Shown here piece by piece: positions 26,966 to 34,294 of a DNA stretch of 64,000 nucleotides. The DNA comes from an uncultured Solirubrobacteraceae bacterium. Lineage in GTDB: Bacteria; Actinomycetota; Thermoleophilia; Solirubrobacterales; Solirubrobacteraceae. The notes under the pieces are model-generated. The model had not been told where the DNA came from, did no database searches, and saw only the letters and a list, made by a program, of their open reading frames with translations. The translations under genes were made by a program, and so were the position numbers. The stretch spans positions 45,712-109,711 of the forward strand of contig CAVVCR010000002.1 in NCBI GenBank assembly GCA_963746795.1, read 5' to 3'. How positions within the stretch are numbered: position 1 is the first letter of the stretch; every line of letters begins with the position of its first letter.

Positions 26966-28738
26966 CTAGACGTCCATGACGCCGTCGACGGTGAGGACGA
27001 CTCCGCACGCGACGAGCGCGGCCGCAAGCAGGCGGCCCGTCCACCGGAGGACCCGGCCGCCGGGACCCTCGATAGGTGACCCGGCCGTCAGCCCGATCAA
27101 CAGGGCGATGCCGATCGCCATCGCGCCGACGCTCTCGAGCACACCTCGGTCGGCGCCCGCCGCCAGCGCCAGCACGAGCAGGGCGGGGCGGGCGACGATG
27201 GGGATCGCGACCGGGATGAGCGCCGCGCGCCGGCCGGCGAGCGCGGGCTCGGGCGAAGGTGGTCGGCGGAAGAGGTCGCCGATGCCGGCGACCACGGCCA
27301 CGACCCCGGCCGCGGTGCGGAACGAAGGCTCGCTGACATCGAGGGCGTCGAGCAACGGGTCTCCTGCAGTGGCGGCGATGCACACGACGAGCCCGCCGAT
27401 CAGCCCGCCGACGGCGGCCATGCCGACGACGCTTCCCCGCGACCTCGCATCGCGAGGGAGCCCGAACGCCGCCCGGGCGGGGTTGAGCGCCAGCACCAGC
27501 GCGGCGACCCACAGCCAGCCCGACGGCGCGTCGTCGCCGGGGCCGCTCGGCGGGTCGCCCGCCTGAGCGATCGGGATCGTCCGCAACAGGGCGGCCAGCG
27601 CGTGTTGCTGGTCATCCATACGCGTCTCGCCATCGAGGAACCAGGCGCCCTCCACCCGTTGCGGGCGGGCGGCGCTCGCGGCATCCTCTCCGTCCGATTG
27701 CGCGCGCACGGCGAGTGCGGCGATGCAGGTCGCACGTTCGGCGAGCGGCCCACGGAGGTCGGCCAGCCGGGGCTCTTCCTGGGCGGTCAGCCACCACCCG
27801 GTGAGGGCCTCGCCGATCACGCCATACCCGCCTCCCCGGGGCACGTAGCTCCCCCGCACCAACTCGCCCCACGGCCCGAAACGCTGGCTGACCCACCGGG
27901 CCTGGATACCGAAGAGCTCGGCTTGCCGGCGCGCGTAGCCCACCTCGTCCTCGGTGAGCGGCGGCCGGGCGCGCTCCGGGAATTCCACGGTCTCGGCCAC
28001 GCCGTAGGCGGCCCAGTGATCGGGGATCGGGGGCCAGTGATCCTCGACCTCGTCGCGCGACGTCGCGAGGTAGGCGCCGATGCGGTCCGCGGCCTTGCCC
28101 CAGCCGTCGCCCGGGAAGGTTTGGTGGAGTCGCGCCAGAGCCCAGTAGGCCTCGCCGGTGAAGTACTTGGAGTACTCGCCGGGGACCGGTGCCCCGCGCG
28201 TCGCGGCGTACGCCGCCAGCACCGCGCCCGACGGCTCGGTCTGAGCGAGTAAGAAGCGCCCGAGCCGGCCCATGACCTCGTCGTAGCGCCGGTCACCGGT
28301 GGCCTCCCGGCGAATGTCGAGGCCCGCGACCAGGAGCGCGCTTGCGCCCGTCGCGATCCGCCCCTGTGAAGCGAGCGCGGCCCAGCCGTCGCGTTCGAGG
28401 AGTCTGTCGAGCGCCCACTCGGTGCCCCGGTCGGCCGAGCGCAGCGCCCCCGGCAATCCGGCCGCGGCGGCCTGGTAGAGACCCATCGTCACCCCGGCGT
28501 GGCGAACCGGGTTGTACTCGACCGGAGTCGAGTCGTCGTCGGCGTTGTAGAGGTACAGCCAGGTGCCCTCCGCCCGCTGGTTGCGGACGAACCAGCCGAC
28601 GGTGGACTCCGCCGAGCGCCGGAGCTCTCCGGCGCTGACCGTCGGGCAGCGCTCCGGCGGCGCCGCGACCGCGAACGCGACAACAAGGAGCAGCGCGAGC
28701 GTCAGGCCGGCCCGCAACGCGCGGCGGGTTGCGCTCAT
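26966..28738 (-). CDS. fusion protein: signal peptide, alpha/alpha-toroid-like (terpenoid cyclase/prenyltransferase-repeat-like) domain, and MarC-like 6-TM domain
   Basis: 590 aa starting at MSATRRALRAGLTLALLLVVAFAVAA (ATGA overlap with the HTTM stop). The middle has NQRAEGTW, NPVRHAGVTMGLY, GASALLVAGL and YSKYFTGEAYWALARL. The C-terminal region (LALNPARAAF ... SFRTAAGVV ... ALIPVAIPIVARPALL ... RLLAAALVACGVVLTVDGV) matches the MarC/UPF0056 pattern. The toroid family assignment is tentative. Confidence 0.6.
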   Translation of the reverse strand: MSATRRALRAGLTLALLLVVAFAVAAPPERCPTVSAGELRRSAESTVGWFVRNQRAEGTWLYLYNADDDSTPVEYNPVRHAGVTMGLYQAAAAGLPGALRSADRGTEWALDRLLERDGWAALASQGRIATGASALLVAGLDIRREATGDRRYDEVMGRLGRFLLAQTEPSGAVLAAYAATRGAPVPGEYSKYFTGEAYWALARLHQTFPGDGWGKAADRIGAYLATSRDEVEDHWPPIPDHWAAYGVAETVEFPERARPPLTEDEVGYARRQAELFGIQARWVSQRFGPWGELVRGSYVPRGGGYGVIGEALTGWWLTAQEEPRLADLRGPLAERATCIAALAVRAQSDGEDAASAARPQRVEGAWFLDGETRMDDQQHALAALLRTIPIAQAGDPPSGPGDDAPSGWLWVAALVLALNPARAAFGLPRDARSRGSVVGMAAVGGLIGGLVVCIAATAGDPLLDALDVSEPSFRTAAGVVAVVAGIGDLFRRPPSPEPALAGRRAALIPVAIPIVARPALLVLALAAGADRGVLESVGAMAIGIALLIGLTAGSPIEGPGGRVLRWTGRLLAAALVACGVVLTVDGVMDV

Positions 28739-29847
28739 CGTCTCGTCATGCGGCGGGAGAGCAGCGTCACCGGGAGCGCGAACCATGCCGTCAACGGAAG
28801 GCGGCTGAGCGCCAACGCGAGAGCCGGAGTCCCTCGGACGGTCGCGCCATCCCGGTCCACGACCTCCAGCCGGGAACCTGGCCGAGCCGGCTGGATGTGA
28901 AAGCGGGCCAGCCAGTCGAACGCGCGCGCCACCGACGCCCATCGCCCGTCGATGCGGAGCACCCGGTCCCGGGTGGACGGCACGGCCCAGATCACCAACA
29001 CGGCGATGCCGAGATACGAGAAGACCTGCACCGGCGCCGACACTTGGATCGCGACGTGAAAGGCGACGGCAACCCACACGGCGGCGTAGCGAGTGCCACG
29101 CCACCACAGGCCGAGCGCGATGAACAGCTCGGTGAGCACGACGATCTTGGCCGCTCCGGTGTGAACGGTCCGGTCGGTCAGGACCGACACCGCCCAGTCC
29201 GGCAGCGGCCACGCGTCCAGCTGGTCTCGTGCCCGCACGACGCGCTGCCAGGTGACGGTGCCGCCAAACCAGTCGGGATCGACGAGCTTGCTCACGCCGG
29301 ACGCCCCGTAGACCGCGGCGCACTCGAACCGGAGCAGCCACAGCGGCCAGGCCGGCGCCGTCGGGGCGAGTGCCGGTAGCCCCCGACGACGGCGGAGCCA
29401 CGCGTCGACCGACAGCTCACGCCCGCACGGCGCTATCGCCAACAGCCCCAGGACGATGACGAGATAGGCCCGGTTGTTGTGGAAGTGCGTCGTCGAGAGG
29501 AACAGGTTGTAGGCGACGATCACGAACGTCGTCGCCGTCGCCAGCCGGGTCTTCAAGCCGAGCGACATGGCGACGGCAGCCGCTGCGGCGAGCCAGAGCA
29601 GTGCGATGTACAGCGCGTCGGGCACCTCCGGGTACCAGGCGGCGTAGGGCTCATAGAAGGCGTCGCGGTACGTTCGCCCGTCCGAGGCGTCGGAGATGAA
29701 CGGACGCAGGTGCAACAGCACGACGGGGCCGACCAGCACCCGCAGCAACGCGAGCGCCCGCATGCTGATGGGGCGGCCGAGCAGCTCGTCGAAGGCGGCG
29801 ACCACGCCGCGGACGCGGCGCGGCGCGTCAACCGCGGACGCGTTCAC
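28735..29847 (-). CDS. HTTM (vitamin K-dependent gamma-carboxylase-like) membrane domain protein with a Cys-less DCC/DUF393-like C-terminal domain
   Basis: 370 aa with a GTG start that overlaps the upstream stop (GTGA). The sequence SMRALALLRVLVGPVVLLHL...FYEPY..., and the multi-TM layout, are HTTM-like. The tail (VLRIDGRWASVARAFDWLARF...LEVVDRDGATVRGTPALALALSRLP) resembles DCC1-like thiol-disulfide oxidoreductases, but WASV replaces CxxC. Confidence 0.65.
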   Translation of the reverse strand: MNASAVDAPRRVRGVVAAFDELLGRPISMRALALLRVLVGPVVLLHLRPFISDASDGRTYRDAFYEPYAAWYPEVPDALYIALLWLAAAAAVAMSLGLKTRLATATTFVIVAYNLFLSTTHFHNNRAYLVIVLGLLAIAPCGRELSVDAWLRRRRGLPALAPTAPAWPLWLLRFECAAVYGASGVSKLVDPDWFGGTVTWQRVVRARDQLDAWPLPDWAVSVLTDRTVHTGAAKIVVLTELFIALGLWWRGTRYAAVWVAVAFHVAIQVSAPVQVFSYLGIAVLVIWAVPSTRDRVLRIDGRWASVARAFDWLARFHIQPARPGSRLEVVDRDGATVRGTPALALALSRLPLTAWFALPVTLLSRRMTRR

Positions 29848-30290
29848 CCTGCCCCCTCGCGGAGACGGCTCCGGAGGACCTCGACCCGGCGAGGGTCGGC
29901 GTTGTGCCATGACGTCACCGTGGCCTCCAGGTACCGCGTCTCGCCGTCGCGTGGCGTGTTGCTCGCGACCCAGTCGAGCGCCGCCTCGAGAAACGCGAGC
30001 TGGTTGGCAAGCCCAGCGTCCGCGTGGTGGCGGACCGCGGGGTACCTCAGCCCGCGGTTCTGGACCATCTCGTCCCACTGGTAGCCCGACCACGGACGTT
30101 CGATCGGAACGCGTCGACCGTCGGCGGTGACCCGAACGACGTCGGCGCGCCAGGTGCTCGACTCGGGGAACATCTGGAACGCGAACGGCTTGTGGTCGGA
30201 CCAGTAGCCGCGTGCCACGAACCCGAGCTGCGCCGACACGACGGCGATGACAACCATCCGCCGCCCCACGACCCTGGTCCGCGACTTCAC
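29844..30290 (-). CDS. N-terminally anchored hypothetical protein, first gene of the HTTM operon
   Basis: 148 aa. It has one TM (MVVIAVVSAQLGFVA) followed by a soluble domain of about 115 aa. It is translationally coupled to the HTTM gene. Confidence 0.6.
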   Translation of the reverse strand: MKSRTRVVGRRMVVIAVVSAQLGFVARGYWSDHKPFAFQMFPESSTWRADVVRVTADGRRVPIERPWSGYQWDEMVQNRGLRYPAVRHHADAGLANQLAFLEAALDWVASNTPRDGETRYLEATVTSWHNADPRRVEVLRSRLREGAG

Positions 30291-30299
30291 GCGATTACG

Positions 30300-31133
30300 A
30301 TGACACGGCCCGGCGAGCGCCGCTTGTCGACTCCGTGTCCACGCACGGTCTTGTACTTCGAGCCCGACACCTCGCTGCTGGACGCCGCGCAGGCAGCGTG
30401 CGTCGCGCTGCCGGCCGCCGGTGTTCCGGCCGTGCTACTGCGGCTCGGTGGCCGCGGGTGGGCGCTGGTGGCTCCGGTATCGATCCTCGTGAGCGTCGGG
30501 CTCATCGCGCTTTCCGATGCGGGCGCGGACGTGATCACATGGATCGCGCTACTGCTCGTGCCGCTTGGCTGCGCGCTCGCGTTCGGCTGGGCGGCTCACG
30601 GCGCGCGCCCGTGGCTCGCGGTGCTCACCGTGCCGGCTCTGGCGGCGGCGATCGCGGCCCCCGACGATCCGCTCGGCCGCGTCGGACGCCTCGTCCTGAT
30701 CGTCGGCTCCGTCGTCACCGTCGGCCGTCTGCTGGCCGGCGCGGCGCCGCTGACGCTGCTCAAGGTCGGCGTGGTCGCGATGGCGGGCATCGACGCGATC
30801 GCGATCTTCGGCGACCTGTTCGGCGACCAGAACGAGCAGTTCAACGCGGCGGCCCCCGGGGGCCTCCCCCGTCTACAGGTCGCCGACATCGGTGACGTCT
30901 CGACCGACTACGGCGACTTCTTCGTGGCCGGGCTTGTCGGCGGGATCCTGGCCGCCGACCACCGGCACCAGGTCGCGGCTGCGATCGCGACGTTCGCGGT
31001 CGCGCAGGCGTGGAACCAGCTATTCCTCGTCCTCGACTCATTGCCCGGCACGATCCCGCCCGCGCTCGTGATGCTCGCCTTCGAGAGTCCGATCGGCCGG
31101 GGTGGATTCGCACCACCGCGCGACGGATCATGA
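30300..31133 (+). CDS. presenilin/signal-peptide-peptidase-like (A22 family) intramembrane aspartyl protease candidate
   Basis: 277 aa with about 9 hydrophobic helices. MAGIDAIAIFG (YD-like, TM6), DYGDFFVAGL (GxGD-like, TM7) and IPPALVML (PAL, TM9) occur in the canonical order. The start is uncertain; alternative TTG codons lie at 30324 and 30351. The last 13 codons and the stop come from a tRNA-Met fragment. Confidence 0.5.
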   Translation: MTRPGERRLSTPCPRTVLYFEPDTSLLDAAQAACVALPAAGVPAVLLRLGGRGWALVAPVSILVSVGLIALSDAGADVITWIALLLVPLGCALAFGWAAHGARPWLAVLTVPALAAAIAAPDDPLGRVGRLVLIVGSVVTVGRLLAGAAPLTLLKVGVVAMAGIDAIAIFGDLFGDQNEQFNAAAPGGLPRLQVADIGDVSTDYGDFFVAGLVGGILAADHRHQVAAAIATFAVAQAWNQLFLVLDSLPGTIPPALVMLAFESPIGRGGFAPPRDGS

Positions 31134-31134
31134 G
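31095..31134 (-). repeat. tRNA-Met 3'-fragment copy A (att-like direct repeat)
   Basis: ggccggggtggattcgcaccaccgcgcgacggatcatgag corresponds to the anticodon loop through the 3' acceptor of the tRNA at 34125-34197, with 3 mismatches in 40. The 5' half of the tRNA is absent. Confidence 0.75.
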
Positions 31135-31276
31135 AGCGCCCTGGCCCGAGGCGCTTGCCTCTACGGCGCGCTTCGTGCCTCCCGCTCGACGATCGACGCC
31201 CGCAATGCCTGCTCGTGGATCGGGGGGCCGCATCCTTCCAGCGCGGAACCGCACGAAGGCGATCGAGCGCCGGCGG

Positions 31277-31471
31277 CTAGGCTCGAGCGTCTTCCGCGTG
31301 CTCTGCCACGCGACTGGCGACCCGCTGGCGGTGATGTGCGACCGAAACCTCCTCCGCACGCACCGAGCGCGCATCCGCCTCGTCGACATCCCGGCGGACG
31401 CGCTCGATGTCGCTGCACTTCGCGGACCCGTGGGCCATGGCACTCGCCGGCTTGTCTCGATGGTCGGGCAT
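31277..31471 (-). CDS. hypothetical small acidic protein (64 aa)
   Basis: A GAGGAG RBS lies 8 nt upstream of the ATG. Composition is coding-like. It lies inside the tRNA-fragment-bounded segment. No family was recognised. Confidence 0.4.
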   Translation of the reverse strand: MPDHRDKPASAMAHGSAKCSDIERVRRDVDEADARSVRAEEVSVAHHRQRVASRVAEHAEDARA

Positions 31472-31697
31472 GCGGCCCGCTCCTCTCGTGATGGAGCATC
31501 ACGCGACGCTCTCTGTCGGTGTAGCAGGTCGCTGCGCCGCGACGACAGCTCGGGCTTGGGCGCCACCAGCGACGCGGCATGGGCCGCCACGACAGCTCGG
31601 GAGCGCATCCCAGTGCTCCCTGCCCGCGAACCGCCGTAGCCCGCACGTGCTCAGGCACCGCGCGCTGCTGGCCGACCGCGGCCACGGCGTGAACCGG

Positions 31698-32867
31698 TCA
31701 GGTCGGGCTGTCGGGTGGCGTGGTCCGGTGGCCGTCGGCCGGCGTGTCGGGCGGGTTGGCGAGCATTTCGTCGGTCGCGGCCTCGGCGAACGCGTCCTCG
31801 TCGGGCGTGCCGGCCTGCGCGGCGCGTATGAGGTCGGCGGCGGTGGAGCGGACCTGGCCGGCGATCTCGGTGAGCGCCAGGTCGGCATGGCGGGCCATCG
31901 CCTCGCTCGCGCGCGCCGCGGCCCGGAGCGCCAGCTGACGCGGTTGCTCGCGCGCCTCCGGGTCATCGAAGGCGGCGGCGAGCGCCCACACCGCCTGCCC
32001 AAGGCCGGCGACCGCGACGGCGACGTCGGGCACCGGGGAGCCGTTTGCGCGCACATAGCGCACGGTGTCGCGCGCGAGCACGCGCGTGTCACGGACCGCG
32101 AAGTCGAGTTGTCGACCGATCTCCTCTTGACGGTCGAGCGCGGCGCGATCGGCCCACCGCAGGGGCGCCGAGCGCGCCGTGTCGCGCCCGAGGCTGAGCG
32201 CCTCGCCGAGCGCCCGGATGTTGCCGTCGAGGTCGCGCGCCGCCTCCAGCGCACCGTGGGCGCGCCCCGCGTCCCCCGTTTCGAGCGCTGCGGCGAGTTC
32301 CTCGAGGGTGCGTCCCAGGCCACCGAAGACCGCGTGAGCGGCGCGGCTGACGTGGAGGAGCGGATTAGGCGGGAACACCAGCGAGTGCAAGCCGAAGGCG
32401 ACGATGCCGCCGATCAGCGCCTCGATCGGACGCGTCGGAAACAGCCCGAGGGTCGTCGGTGCCGCCGAGCCGATGATGATCGCCGACACCCCCGCCTCGG
32501 TCATCAGCAGCGTTCCACCGCCCACGAGCACCGCCGCCGACATGGCCAGCACCACCATCAGCCCGACCTGCGGCGGGCCGGTCCCGAGCAGCCGCACGAG
32601 CAGGTCCGCGATCAGCACCCCGACCACCACCCCGCCCATCAGTTCCAGCGCGCGCTCGCGCTGCTGTCCCAGCGTCGCGCCAAGACAGATCACGGCGGCA
32701 ATCGGGGCGAACCCGGTCTCCCGGTCAGACAGCAACAGCTGGGCCAGATACCAGGCGATCACGGCAGCGCCTGCCGTCTCCAAGATCGGCCACAGCTGTG
32801 CTCGCAACCGGCGCCGCCGAGCGGCCACGGAAGGCCTCAAGAGCATCAGGGGCGGAGCGTCAGACAT
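31698..32867 (-). CDS. FUSC/ArAE-like (aromatic acid exporter family) membrane protein
   Basis: 389 aa. An N-terminal 5-6 TM domain (WPILETAGAAVIAWYLA..., ALELMGGVVVGVLIA) is followed by a long helical cytoplasmic domain. Confidence 0.65.
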   Translation of the reverse strand: MSDAPPLMLLRPSVAARRRRLRAQLWPILETAGAAVIAWYLAQLLLSDRETGFAPIAAVICLGATLGQQRERALELMGGVVVGVLIADLLVRLLGTGPPQVGLMVVLAMSAAVLVGGGTLLMTEAGVSAIIIGSAAPTTLGLFPTRPIEALIGGIVAFGLHSLVFPPNPLLHVSRAAHAVFGGLGRTLEELAAALETGDAGRAHGALEAARDLDGNIRALGEALSLGRDTARSAPLRWADRAALDRQEEIGRQLDFAVRDTRVLARDTVRYVRANGSPVPDVAVAVAGLGQAVWALAAAFDDPEAREQPRQLALRAAARASEAMARHADLALTEIAGQVRSTAADLIRAAQAGTPDEDAFAEAATDEMLANPPDTPADGHRTTPPDSPT

Positions 32868-33091
32868 GCGACCGGCGAATCATCCGTGGGTCCTGGAGGG
32901 GCGTGCGCTAAGAGCGAGTCGCAATCGCGGTGGACCGCCAGGCGGCCGCCCGCTGCGGTCCACCCATGGTGACGACTGCGTCGGGGGCACCCCTGGGCGG
33001 TCGTTCGGCGACGCAGGACGCCCCAGGGACACGGCGGGACACGTTGCGGAGCGCGATTGCCGAAAGGTACTCTTTCGCAGGCCTTTCGAGT

Positions 33092-33132
33092 GGGCCGGGG
33101 TGGATTCGAACCGCCGCGCGACGGATCATGAG
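33092..33132 (-). repeat. tRNA-Met 3'-fragment copy B (att-like direct repeat)
   Basis: gggccggggtggattcgaaccgccgcgcgacggatcatgag has 3 mismatches in 41 against the tRNA at 34126-34166. It has 2 mismatches in 40 against copy A. Confidence 0.75.
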
Positions 33133-33281
33133 ATCGACCCGAGCGACCCCGCTTGGTTCTACAGCTCGGTAGCGGGGTCGCTCAGTTACGGGGTCGTGAC
33201 CCCGGCTCGGAGAGCGGGAGCGACGTCGCGTCGACGTCGACACGATCATCGTCCGTTGCTTCGGTGCGATGATCTGACGCC

Positions 33282-33845
33282 ATGCTGATCTTCTCGATGA
33301 GCGTCTCGGTGGACGGTTTCATCGCCGACCGCGAGGGCGCGTTCGAGTGGGGGGCCCCGAGCGAGGAGCTGTTTCGTTTCCACACCGCGCTGGTGAGCGA
33401 GCTCGGCGGTTGTCTGCTCGGCCGCAGGCTCTACGAGACGATGCTGGTGTGGGAGACGGATCCGTCGCCGCGCGACGACGAGCTCGGGGCCGCGTTCGCC
33501 GACGTCTGGTGCGCGATCCCGAAGGTCGTCTTCAGCCGCACGCTCGACAGCGTCAAAGGCAACGCCCGGCTCGCCCAGACGTCACTGGCCGAGGAGTTCG
33601 CCGCGGCGCTCGACGCGACCGACAAGGACGTCCAAGTCGGCGGCGCCGGCTTGGCCGCGCAGGCGATCGAGCTCGGCCTCGTCGACGAGCTGCGCATGTT
33701 CCGCTACCCGGTCGTCGTCGGAGGCGGCACGCCGTTCCTGCCGCCGGTCACCGAAGACGTCCCGCTGGATTTGATCGAGACCAGGACGTTCGGCTCGCGC
33801 GTGATCTACGAGCGCTACGGGCGCGCCCGCGAAGAGTCGGACTGA
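33282..33845 (+). CDS. dihydrofolate reductase-like (RibD C-terminal domain) family protein
   Basis: 187 aa. The sequence is MLIFSMSVSVDGFIADREG...LLGRRLYETM...VQVGGAGLAAQAIELGLVDELRMFRYPVVVGGG. Confidence 0.8.
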   Translation: MLIFSMSVSVDGFIADREGAFEWGAPSEELFRFHTALVSELGGCLLGRRLYETMLVWETDPSPRDDELGAAFADVWCAIPKVVFSRTLDSVKGNARLAQTSLAEEFAAALDATDKDVQVGGAGLAAQAIELGLVDELRMFRYPVVVGGGTPFLPPVTEDVPLDLIETRTFGSRVIYERYGRAREESD

Positions 33846-34124
33846 CTGCCACCACTTTCGCAATCGCCACGAGGGTCGGGATGTGTTTGTCGCCCTCGAC
33901 CTGCCATGCCGGGCTGTCCATGCCGGGCTGTCGAATGAGCCGGCGTGGCTCTCGAGATAGCGATACATCCATCGCCTCGTGTCTCCGGGCGTTACGGGCA
34001 TTCTCGGGGCGTTATTCGGCGCGGGTGGATCAGAGCAGGTCGGGCTCGCCGCCGCTGTAGCGATACACCGACACCTCTCGGTGCACGCTCGGTGCACGGC
34101 TGCGTCGCATTTGGCTCTAGATGA

Positions 34125-34197
34125 TGGGCCGGGGTGGATTCGAACCACCGCACGACGGATTATGAGTCCGCTGCTCTAACCCCTGAGCTACCGGCCC
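34125..34197 (-). tRNA. tRNA-Met (anticodon CAT; elongator-type, Ile2/lysidine not excluded)
   Basis: The reverse complement is GGGCCGG-TA-GCTC-AGGGGTTA-GAGC-A-GCGGA-CTCATAA-TCCGT-CGTGC-GGTGG-TTCGAAT-CCACC-CCGGCCC-A. This folds by hand as a canonical 73-nt cloverleaf. The G1-C72 pair argues against an initiator. CCA is not encoded. Confidence 0.9.
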
Positions 34198-34294
34198 TGC
34201 GGGCAATCTACGCCGGGCGGGGGCCGTGGGGGTGGTTGACACCCCGTCGGAGCCGTGACTAGGGTCGCGCAGGAAAGGCGACCTCGGAGGCGGC

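Noticed and set aside
33092-33181. A second complete tRNA gene at the fragment B locus.
   Set aside because: Only the anticodon loop through the 3' acceptor is present. The upstream sequence cannot form the D-arm or the 5' acceptor strand, and instead forms an unrelated 10-bp hairpin (GCGACCCCGC...GCGGGGTCGC).
33846-34124. Possible integrase remnant or small gene in the AT-richer spacer downstream of tRNA-Met. It includes a 14-bp tandem duplication, CATGCCGGGCTGTC x2, near 33903-33930.
   Set aside because: No frame gives a recognisable integrase motif or a convincing ORF with a start and an RBS. It was treated as decayed island sequence.
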